NCBI GenBank assembly: GCA_963711005.1
Contig: CAVQCJ010000002.1
Coordinates: 1,166,963-1,230,962, forward strand
Direction: 5' to 3'
Source of the DNA: an uncultured Actinomycetota bacterium
GTDB lineage: Bacteria > Actinomycetota > Actinomycetes > Prado026
DNA: 64,000 bases
Positions 57,340-64,000 of the stretch are shown here, one piece after another. The position numbers and the translations under genes were made by a program. A model generated the notes under the pieces. The model saw nothing but the letters and a program-made list of their open reading frames with translations. It was not told the origin of the DNA and ran no database searches. Within the stretch, counting starts at the first letter, position 1. Every line of letters begins with the position of its first letter.

Positions 57340-58791
57340 TCACCCGCCGGTCGGGTCGCCGCGGCGCCAGAGCAGGCTCGTCGCCTCGCCGACCGCCTTC
57401 GCGCGGTCGGCGAGGTCGTGCGCCCCGGACGGCTCGACGGCCGCGACGAACTCGGCCGCGTCGCGCAGCCGCATCCGCAGCCCGCCCAGGCTGTGTTCAG
57501 CGTGGGCACCGTCGCGGACGTCCATCCGGCTGAAGCTGTTCCACGCGTCCAGCCCCGCCGACCCGCGCATCGACTTCACGCCGAGCAGCGTGGTCGGCCG
57601 GCCGTCCACGCGCAGCTGCAGGCGGTACCGCACCTCCTCGTCGACGACCGACAGCTCGCCGGCGTCGAGCAGGAGGCGGGCGTCGCCGTGGTCGAGCAGG
57701 TCCAGGTGGCCGACCACCGGTACGGGCACCGTCGGGTCCGCGCTGAACGCGGCGAGGTCGCGCAGCTCGCTGACCACCTCGAGCTCGACCTCGCCGAGGC
57801 CGTCGAGGGCGCCGTGCAGCCGTTCGCGCATCCGTACGCCGAGCGGGAGGTCCACCATCGCGGTGGCGGACTCGTCCAGCGCGACGCCGTCGGGCGTGGC
57901 GGCTACGAGGTAGGCGCACGCGTCCCGGTGACCCATGTCGACGAGGGTCGCGGCCGAGATCCGCCCGGCGAAGAAGTCCGGGTCCAGCGGGAGGGGCACC
58001 GCCGGCTTCACCACGTGCAGGACGACCGGGACGGTCGAGCCCAGGACGGCCTCGCCGGCCCGTCGTCGCGCGTTGATGTCGGCCACGACGGCCAGCTCCG
58101 CGAACAGCCCACCGCTGGCGCTCATCTCGATCATGTGCACGTACTGCTCGAGCGGGCCGGCGCCGTAGCGCGGCGTGTTGCCGATGCACCAGACCAGCCA
58201 CACCTCCTCGGCGCCACGACGCACCGCCTCGAGCACGTTCGCGTCCTTGATCCATACCGCGTCGGTGTACGTCCGGCCGGCGTGCGTGACGGCCGGCATC
58301 ACCAGCGGCAGCGACACCGCCGCCACCAGCAGGTCGAGCGTCATCTCGTCGTTGGGCATCGCCACGCAGGTCTTCGCCGTGAAGTCGCAGACGTTGAACG
58401 TGCCCACCGTGCCAGTCCGGCCGGTGGCCGACCGGACCGCGTCCAGATCGATGCCCAGGTGCGGGAACACCTTGTCCCGCACGCCCGACGCGTCGCCCAG
58501 CGCCGGCAGCTGGGCCGGGCCGCGCAGGTAGTCGGTCAGCGGCAGCAGAGCCGAGAAGTCGTGCACGTCCAGCGTCGTCCAGCGCTGCACCATCTGCGCC
58601 GGGCTCAGACCCGACAGCAGCATCCCCGTCGTCATGGTGCCGCCGGAGGCGCTGTCCACGTGGGCGAACTGCAGCCCGGCGTCCGCGAGGGCGCTCACCA
58701 CCCCGGCCTGCCAGGCGACCCGCATCCCGCCGCCGGCCAGCACCAGGGACCGCCGCGGGCGGGCGTCGGCACCGGTGAGGAGACCGGTCAT
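57340..58791 (-). CDS. Patatin-like phospholipase with about 200-aa C-terminal extension
   Basis: LVLAGGGMRVAWQAGV (GGGxR oxyanion motif) and VDSASGG (variant of GxSxG). The ATG overlaps the upstream stop (ATGA). Confidence 0.8.
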   Translation of the reverse strand: MTGLLTGADARPRRSLVLAGGGMRVAWQAGVVSALADAGLQFAHVDSASGGTMTTGMLLSGLSPAQMVQRWTTLDVHDFSALLPLTDYLRGPAQLPALGDASGVRDKVFPHLGIDLDAVRSATGRTGTVGTFNVCDFTAKTCVAMPNDEMTLDLLVAAVSLPLVMPAVTHAGRTYTDAVWIKDANVLEAVRRGAEEVWLVWCIGNTPRYGAGPLEQYVHMIEMSASGGLFAELAVVADINARRRAGEAVLGSTVPVVLHVVKPAVPLPLDPDFFAGRISAATLVDMGHRDACAYLVAATPDGVALDESATAMVDLPLGVRMRERLHGALDGLGEVELEVVSELRDLAAFSADPTVPVPVVGHLDLLDHGDARLLLDAGELSVVDEEVRYRLQLRVDGRPTTLLGVKSMRGSAGLDAWNSFSRMDVRDGAHAEHSLGGLRMRLRDAAEFVAAVEPSGAHDLADRAKAVGEATSLLWRRGDPTGG

Positions 58792-59174
58792 CGGTTCCGC
58801 GCCCACCAGCCCAGCGCGAGCAGCCCGGACCCCAGGTCGTTGGCCGCGACCAGCACCGCCGGCTTGCCGAACACCCCGCGGCGGACGCCGACGCCCACTG
58901 CGGCGGCGGCGCCGAGCTTCTGCAGCCCGGTCCAGAACACCCACCGCGACGCCTCGTCCCGCGGCGCCGTCACCAGCGCCTGCAGCGTGCCCCCGCCCAC
59001 GATCGTCATGAACATCCCGACCGTGGCGAACCCCTGCCGGGTGGCGGCCGAGTCCTCGCAGCCGAGGGCACGCAGCACCGGACCGGGCGCGCTCGCCTGG
59101 ACCAGCCCGCTGACCGCGGTGAGCGCGCTGACCGCGACGAGCAGCCGGCCGACCGGGTCGTCCGTGGCCTTCAC
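58788..59174 (-). CDS. Small 4-helix membrane protein, hypothetical
   Basis: 128 aa and hydrophobic. GTGA overlap upstream and ATGA overlap downstream. Confidence 0.6.
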   Translation of the reverse strand: MKATDDPVGRLLVAVSALTAVSGLVQASAPGPVLRALGCEDSAATRQGFATVGMFMTIVGGGTLQALVTAPRDEASRWVFWTGLQKLGAAAAVGVGVRRGVFGKPAVLVAANDLGSGLLALGWWARNR

Positions 59175-59653
59175 GACAGCGCCGCGTGGATGTTCCCGAC
59201 CGCGAGCACGTACCAGACCGCCGCTGCCCACATGACGCTGGTGGTCACCCAGCGGATGTCGTTGAGCAGCATCCAGCGCTTGAGCAGCACGGTCAGCTCC
59301 GGGGCGTCGACGCCGGCGGTGATCTGCTTGTTCACCGGGATGATGAAGCCGGTGCCGACGATCGTGGACACCACGATGCCCAGCACAGCCAGCAGGGCCG
59401 GCCACACAGGGCCGGTCCCCCACGAGTGCACGACCAGGACCACGCCGGCCACCAGCATCAGCGGGACCACGACCGTGAAGAACCGGGTGGCCGCCTGGGT
59501 CGGGTGCACGAAGTGCACGCCGACGTTGTCCGGAGACAGCCCGACCCAGCTGGGGTACAGGAAGAGGTGCAGGCACCACAGCGTGCCCGTGTAGACCGTC
59601 GCGCCGAACAAGAAGTACACCCAGCAGATCTCGACCAGGGTCGCCCCCATCAC
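59171..59653 (-). CDS. DUF1772 (anthrone-oxygenase-like) membrane protein
   Basis: Four TM helices with W/H-rich loops (LHLFLYPSW, RWMLLNDIRW), typical of DUF1772 as I recall it. Confidence 0.65.
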   Translation of the reverse strand: MMGATLVEICWVYFLFGATVYTGTLWCLHLFLYPSWVGLSPDNVGVHFVHPTQAATRFFTVVVPLMLVAGVVLVVHSWGTGPVWPALLAVLGIVVSTIVGTGFIIPVNKQITAGVDAPELTVLLKRWMLLNDIRWVTTSVMWAAAVWYVLAVGNIHAALS

Positions 59654-60546
59654 GGCACCAGCTCCCCGGCGCCGTACGGGGCCGTCGGCGGGCCGAGCCA
59701 GACCTGCGTGGGCTCCAGACCGACGACGCTGGCGAGCCCCTCCGGCACGGTCTCTATGGGCTCCTCCTCGGTCACGAACCAGCTCTCGATGTGGTCGTCG
59801 AGCACACCGTGGCTGTCTTCGAGGAACGCCACCACCAGCGGGCGGCCGCCGATGTCCAGCGTGCGCAGCTGGTCCGCGTACGGGCTGCTCCCCAGGTACA
59901 GGCGGGCGCCGGCGGCGCTTCCCAGCGACACCTGCACGGGCGAGGCGAATCGCACCGCCGACCGGACCAGCATCCCGCGGAACGCGCAGTAGTTGATCCC
60001 GCTCGCCCGCAGCGGGATGCGCCAGCCGGTGGGCCGGGTGATCTCGATCCGCACCGCCAGCTCCCCGTCGACGTCGTACTGCGAGCTGACCTGGCTGTCG
60101 CCGACGGTGAAGTCGAGGTTCGCCTGGTGCTTGGGCATCCCCCAGATCCCCTTGCCGCCCTTGACCGACACCAGGGTGCTGACCGGAAGGTCGATGACGT
60201 ACTGACCGGTGCCGTACGGACCGAGCAGCAGCATCGGCAGCAGTGGGGGTGCGGGCCGCACGCCGTGCGTACAGGCGATCGCGACCGAGAACTCGATGTA
60301 GCTGCCGATGTCGGTCTCGCGGTAGTCGATGACGGTGACGACGAGCGCACCGCGCCCGTTCGGCAGGCGCAGCGGGTGCACCTCGCCACCGGGGAGCAGC
60401 GCGGCGGCGGCCGCCCGGTCGACCGAGAAGACGGCCATCAACGCCGGGCTCCGCTCGGAGTTCACCGGCATGGTGAACGGGATGCCGTCGACGAGCGCGT
60501 GCCGGCCGGTCAGCCGGCGTTGGCGTAGCAGGTCGCGGATGATCAC
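59650..60546 (-). CDS. Acetoacetate decarboxylase (ADC) family protein
   Basis: VTVIDYRETDIGSYIEFSVAI and GKGIWGMPKH resemble the ADC beta-cone fold. GTG start in a GTGA overlap. Confidence 0.7.
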   Translation of the reverse strand: MIIRDLLRQRRLTGRHALVDGIPFTMPVNSERSPALMAVFSVDRAAAAALLPGGEVHPLRLPNGRGALVVTVIDYRETDIGSYIEFSVAIACTHGVRPAPPLLPMLLLGPYGTGQYVIDLPVSTLVSVKGGKGIWGMPKHQANLDFTVGDSQVSSQYDVDGELAVRIEITRPTGWRIPLRASGINYCAFRGMLVRSAVRFASPVQVSLGSAAGARLYLGSSPYADQLRTLDIGGRPLVVAFLEDSHGVLDDHIESWFVTEEEPIETVPEGLASVVGLEPTQVWLGPPTAPYGAGELVP

Positions 60547-61574
60547 GGCTCCAGCTCCTCGAGGATCGTCGGGAAGATGTCCACGGCCGCGTCCCTACCC
60601 ATGAAGACGTCGAGATGGCCGTAGGCGGGGAACGTGTGCAGGGCGTGCCGACCCGGCTGGTGGGCCTGGAAGAACTCGAACGTGCTCTCCATCGACTCCG
60701 GCAGGAAGCAGCGGTTCTTCGACCCGCGCAGGAACACGAACCGGGCGTCCGTCTGCGGCGGCTGGGCGACGAAGCTGGCCGGCAGCGCCGGGTCGCCGTC
60801 CACGGACACCAGGTGGCCGCGCTGGACGCACCGCGCCATCTGCGCGAAGAACGTCATCGGGACGCGGCCGAACTCGTCGGACAGCCAGGCGTGCGTGGCG
60901 TCGTTGAGGTTCTCGTGCCGCCACAGGGCCGGGAAGCCGCTCCCGTAGGTGAAGCTGACCATGCGGCAGACGCGGTTGTCGCACTCGCGGTGCACGGCGA
61001 GGACGCCCAGGACCATCGCGCGGTCGAACAGGTTCGGCGCGTAGTCGCCCCAGTCCGGGTCGATGCCCCTGGTCAGGTGCGCGACCACCGGTGCGACCCG
61101 GCTGATCTTGAACTTCGACCAGGGCGGGACCCTGGGGTGCAGTGCGACCGCGTTGCTCACGATCGTCGTGACCTCCGGCACCAGGCCGGCGACCGCCGAC
61201 ATCATGAAGCTGGTCGACCCCTGGCAGTGGATCATCGCCTGGCAGGTGTCCCGCCCGGTCTGCTCCAGGACTGCGTGGACCAGCGCCGGGTGGTCGTGCA
61301 CCGCGGCCTGGTCGAGCGTCCAGTCGCACGGCGGCAGGTCGATGCTGGCCCGCCAGTTCGCCAGCCAGACGTCGTACCCGGCGTCCAGGAGCGCGTCGAC
61401 GAGTGTGGTCCGGACCGGAGCGCGGAAGATGTTGCCGCGGACACCGGCGCCGTGCACGAGCAGTACCGGGCCACGGGTGGGCGCGGTCTCGCGCTGCACG
61501 TGCACCAGCGAGAGCGGCCGCCCGTCACCGGCGGTCACCGGGACGACCGTGTCGAACGTGGGGGTGGCGGTCAC
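60543..61574 (-). CDS. Alpha/beta hydrolase with unusual nucleophile elbow IHCQGST
   Basis: VLLVHGAGV oxyanion region, the elbow AMIHCQGSTSF, and C-terminal YGHLD. GTGA overlap with the upstream gene. Confidence 0.75.
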   Translation of the reverse strand: MTATPTFDTVVPVTAGDGRPLSLVHVQRETAPTRGPVLLVHGAGVRGNIFRAPVRTTLVDALLDAGYDVWLANWRASIDLPPCDWTLDQAAVHDHPALVHAVLEQTGRDTCQAMIHCQGSTSFMMSAVAGLVPEVTTIVSNAVALHPRVPPWSKFKISRVAPVVAHLTRGIDPDWGDYAPNLFDRAMVLGVLAVHRECDNRVCRMVSFTYGSGFPALWRHENLNDATHAWLSDEFGRVPMTFFAQMARCVQRGHLVSVDGDPALPASFVAQPPQTDARFVFLRGSKNRCFLPESMESTFEFFQAHQPGRHALHTFPAYGHLDVFMGRDAAVDIFPTILEELEP

Positions 61575-63340
61575 CGGGCCGCGCCTGCGCCCGGCTCGCG
61601 CTGCGGGACCTGCAGCGGTGGCTCGATCAGGTCGAACGTCAGGGCGCGGTCGGTCGGGGCGAACCAGGGGTCGGTCGTCGCCCCGCCGGGTACCAGCCGC
61701 CACCGGCGGGGCACCCGCTCCACCTTGACCGGGTAGATGGTCAGGACGCCGTCGGGACCCAGGTGCAGGCGCAGGAGGTTCTTGTAGTCCGGGCGGGCCT
61801 GCGCGGCGAAGAGCTCGTTGGCGTTCAGGTCGAGCAGCCGGTCGGCCAGCAGCAGGTAGCCGGCCACCAGCTCCGTCCCGACCAGGCCGCCCACGACCAC
61901 CAGGACCGCCGCGAACACCAGAGCCAGCCACAGTCCGTGCAGGTCGTGCACGACCGCGAGCAGCCCGGCCAGCACCAGGACGGCCGCGACCAGCTGCGCC
62001 GCACCGTGCACCAGCCCGACGACGATGCCCTTCGGCGAGCGGCTCGCCTTGGTGAACGCGACCGCGCTGCCCAGGAACAGCAGGCACAGCAGCAGCGCGG
62101 GGAAGCTGCGGCCGAGCCCGGCGAACAGGTCGCCGATGCTCGAGGCACGCAGCGCCGCGGCCATGTCCCGCAAGTGGTCGCCCACCGCGCGACCGCGCGG
62201 CGCCGCCGAGCCGCCGATGGCCAGCGCAAGCGCCAGGTACAGCCCGCCGAACAGCGCCGCCAGCCCGCGGGTCTGGAACGGGAGCCGGAAGATCCCCAGG
62301 CCGAGCCGCCGGGAGGTCGGCGCGTCGGGGAAGGTCTGCTGCAGCGTGTACGTCGCCGGCGGGCTCGTCTTGCCGATCGCGCGGGACGCGGCCGGCGGCA
62401 GCACCAGGGTCGGCGGGAGGTGGTGCGTCGGCGACAGGTAGGCGCCGCCGCCGCCGGCGGTGAGTTTCTGGCCGGTGCCGCCCTGCTCGGCGTAGCGCGC
62501 GTAGTGGTGCCGGTCCCCCGACAGCGAGACGCGCACCGAGGCGCCGGTCGAGCGAATGATCGTGCGCTCGAAGTAGTCCAGGACGGCGTACGTCTCGGGG
62601 CTCTCGTCGGTCCCGCCGATCCAGCTCGGCTTGGCCGAGCACAGGATCACCGCGTCGTCGGGCCCGAGCTGCTCGGCCACCTTCGCGAAGTACCGGCGCT
62701 GGGCGTCGTCGATGTACGAGTCGAACTGGATGTCGATGCCGAGCAGCCACCAGTGGTGCGGAAGCCGGACCGCGAAGTAGCTGCGCGTCTGCTCGGTGCG
62801 CCAGCCGCCGACGCTCGAGCCCTGGCAGAACATCCGCATGAACGAGGTGAGGCCGTCGTACCAGTCGTGGTTGCCAGGCAGCACGTACAGGCCGGGCTGC
62901 TCGCCGTCCACCCACGGCAGCGCCGCGCGGTAGGGGCCGACGGCCTTGTCCTCGTACCCCGTGGTGCTCGCGGTGGGGTAGCACTGGTCGCCACCCATCA
63001 CCAGGAACGTCCCGCGCTTCGTCGGCCCGCCCAGGTTCAGCTCCGGACGGGCCAGCAGCGACGCCATCGAGTACGTCGCGGCGAACCCGTCCCCGAAGTC
63101 GCTCACGTAGTCGAACCAGAGCTCGTCGGCCTGCGAGTAGTCGTGCACGGCCGGCTCGGGCAGCGCGGCCATCTGCTCGCGCTTGTCCGTGTACTCGCCG
63201 AGCACGCTGCTGATCACCACCCGCAGGGCCGCGTGCAGCAGCAGGCTCGGCGACAGCCACAGCGACATCCCCCGCTGCGGCGCGAAGCCGAGCGACTGCT
63301 CGTCGTCGCTCATCGGCCGCGGCGGCGGGGTGCTGGTCAC
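61571..63340 (-). CDS. Calcineurin-like metallophosphoesterase fused to a polytopic membrane domain
   Basis: VSDFGDG, VMGGDQCYP, VLPGNHDW, LSGDRHHY. Residues about 355-500 form 4-5 hydrophobic helices, followed by a soluble tail. Confidence 0.75.
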   Translation of the reverse strand: MTSTPPPRPMSDDEQSLGFAPQRGMSLWLSPSLLLHAALRVVISSVLGEYTDKREQMAALPEPAVHDYSQADELWFDYVSDFGDGFAATYSMASLLARPELNLGGPTKRGTFLVMGGDQCYPTASTTGYEDKAVGPYRAALPWVDGEQPGLYVLPGNHDWYDGLTSFMRMFCQGSSVGGWRTEQTRSYFAVRLPHHWWLLGIDIQFDSYIDDAQRRYFAKVAEQLGPDDAVILCSAKPSWIGGTDESPETYAVLDYFERTIIRSTGASVRVSLSGDRHHYARYAEQGGTGQKLTAGGGGAYLSPTHHLPPTLVLPPAASRAIGKTSPPATYTLQQTFPDAPTSRRLGLGIFRLPFQTRGLAALFGGLYLALALAIGGSAAPRGRAVGDHLRDMAAALRASSIGDLFAGLGRSFPALLLCLLFLGSAVAFTKASRSPKGIVVGLVHGAAQLVAAVLVLAGLLAVVHDLHGLWLALVFAAVLVVVGGLVGTELVAGYLLLADRLLDLNANELFAAQARPDYKNLLRLHLGPDGVLTIYPVKVERVPRRWRLVPGGATTDPWFAPTDRALTFDLIEPPLQVPQREPGAGAAR

Positions 63341-63975
63341 GGCTCGGGGTCCGCCGCGGCGGCCAGGTGCCGCCCGTACACCGCCCAGAGCTGTCCGAGG
63401 AACAGCCGGCCGAACTTCTCCAGCCCGCCGGGGATGGCGCCGGCACCGGGTCCGGAGACCCGGAACGTCGTCAGCTGCTTGGCGAAGTCCGGGATGTGGA
63501 TCGTGATGATGCCCGCCGCCACCACCCGCGCGGACGCCTCGTCGGCCGGCTGCACGTGGCCGCCGTAGATCGTGGTGAACAGCGTCGACGTGTCCCGCCA
63601 GACGTCGAACCCCGGGTCGTCGCGGACGTCTTTGAAGCCGCTCAGCGTCAGCGGGTGCCCGACCGAGTCCGTGAAGAACAGGCGGTACAGCATCTTCCGG
63701 CGGTCCGGCCGGTCGCCGACGAACAGGTTGAACACGCCCTGCTCGACCGGACGTTGCCCGCCGAACGTGTCGCAGTCGACGTAACCCGTCGCCGCGGCCT
63801 CGTGCTCGGGCTGCGCGACGAACGTGTCCACGTCCTCGGTCCGGATCGTCAGGTGGAACATCAACCCGGTGCCGTCCCGGCGCCCCTGGTCGTAGCCGCG
63901 CTGGGCGTCGCCCTCGTCGAGGGTGACGAAGCCCTTCATCTCCTCGGTGAACTCCAGGCTGGTCGTCCCGGTCAT
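63337..63975 (-). CDS. Hypothetical soluble protein (212 aa)
   Basis: Protein-like composition (LEFTEEMKGFVT...LFFTDSVGHPLTLSGFK). 4-nt overlaps at both ends. No family confidently recognised. Confidence 0.65.
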   Translation of the reverse strand: MTGTTSLEFTEEMKGFVTLDEGDAQRGYDQGRRDGTGLMFHLTIRTEDVDTFVAQPEHEAAATGYVDCDTFGGQRPVEQGVFNLFVGDRPDRRKMLYRLFFTDSVGHPLTLSGFKDVRDDPGFDVWRDTSTLFTTIYGGHVQPADEASARVVAAGIITIHIPDFAKQLTTFRVSGPGAGAIPGGLEKFGRLFLGQLWAVYGRHLAAAADPEP

Positions 63976-64000
63976 GACGCGCCCTCCAGGACGTGCTCGG
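63972..64000 (-). CDS. 3' end of a further upstream gene (partial, runs off the window)
   Basis: The frame ending ...EHVLEGAS-TGA overlaps the ATG at 63975 (ATGA). Only 9 codons are visible. Confidence 0.3.

Noticed and set aside
1-64000. Search for CRISPR arrays, rRNA genes, intact IS/transposase genes, toxin-antitoxin pairs of known families and classical defence genes (restriction-modification, Cas, Abi ATPases).
   Set aside because: I found no regularly spaced repeats, no rRNA-like sequence, and no DDE/transposase or Cas-like motifs in any frame. The only mobile-element traces are the two integrase stumps at the tRNA-Arg locus.

Overview
Very GC-rich chromosomal segment with strong third-position GC bias and frequent GTG/TTG starts, so probably Actinomycetota. 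I support about 70 genes and 2 tRNAs; most long ORFs in the six-frame track are out-of-frame or antisense shadows, and I saw no CRISPR array, rRNA or intact transposase. Left to right: (i) 1-8100, an accessory-looking block: DUF4234 protein, single-chain PheS-like class II synthetase with an FDX-ACB-like tail, DUF347 membrane protein, CPBP protease, ADP-ribosylglycohydrolase, frameshifted immunity-like gene, opine dehydrogenase. (ii) 8145-11066, a decayed integrative island at tRNA-Arg(ACG): two integrase 3' remnants, a 75-bp att-like copy of the tRNA 3' half, SDR and Nudix fragments, one intact MFS gene. (iii) 11.3-17 kb: YCII plus ECF sigma factor, two HxlR/ABM-like modules, hemerythrin, tRNA-Ser(GCT). 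(iv) 17.1-22.2 kb: rpiA, acyl-CoA synthetase, CFA-synthase-like methyltransferase and FAD oxidoreductase (a BfaA/BfaB-type 10-methyl fatty acid pair), which together carry six single-nucleotide frame disruptions. (v) 22-47 kb, housekeeping and accessory genes: dehydrogenase, homocysteine methyltransferase, secreted GH5, pst operon wreckage, ABC-2 exporter, MFS, TAP-like hydrolase, FAD sugar-alcohol oxidase, Smr/DUF2277/ABC-F, GGDEF-EAL, def, NiCoT, HAD. (vi) 47-56 kb: a mannoside/glucoside utilisation locus. (vii) 56-64 kb: a divergent, apparently cytoplasmic papain-like peptidase/chagasin-inhibitor pair. Next to it is an operon of at least 8 genes that runs off the window end, with every junction a 4-nt start/stop overlap. 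It encodes patatin, DUF1772, an ADC-like protein, an unusual alpha/beta hydrolase and a membrane metallophosphoesterase, and is my best candidate for an undescribed system. All family calls rest on motifs read by eye; no database search was run.
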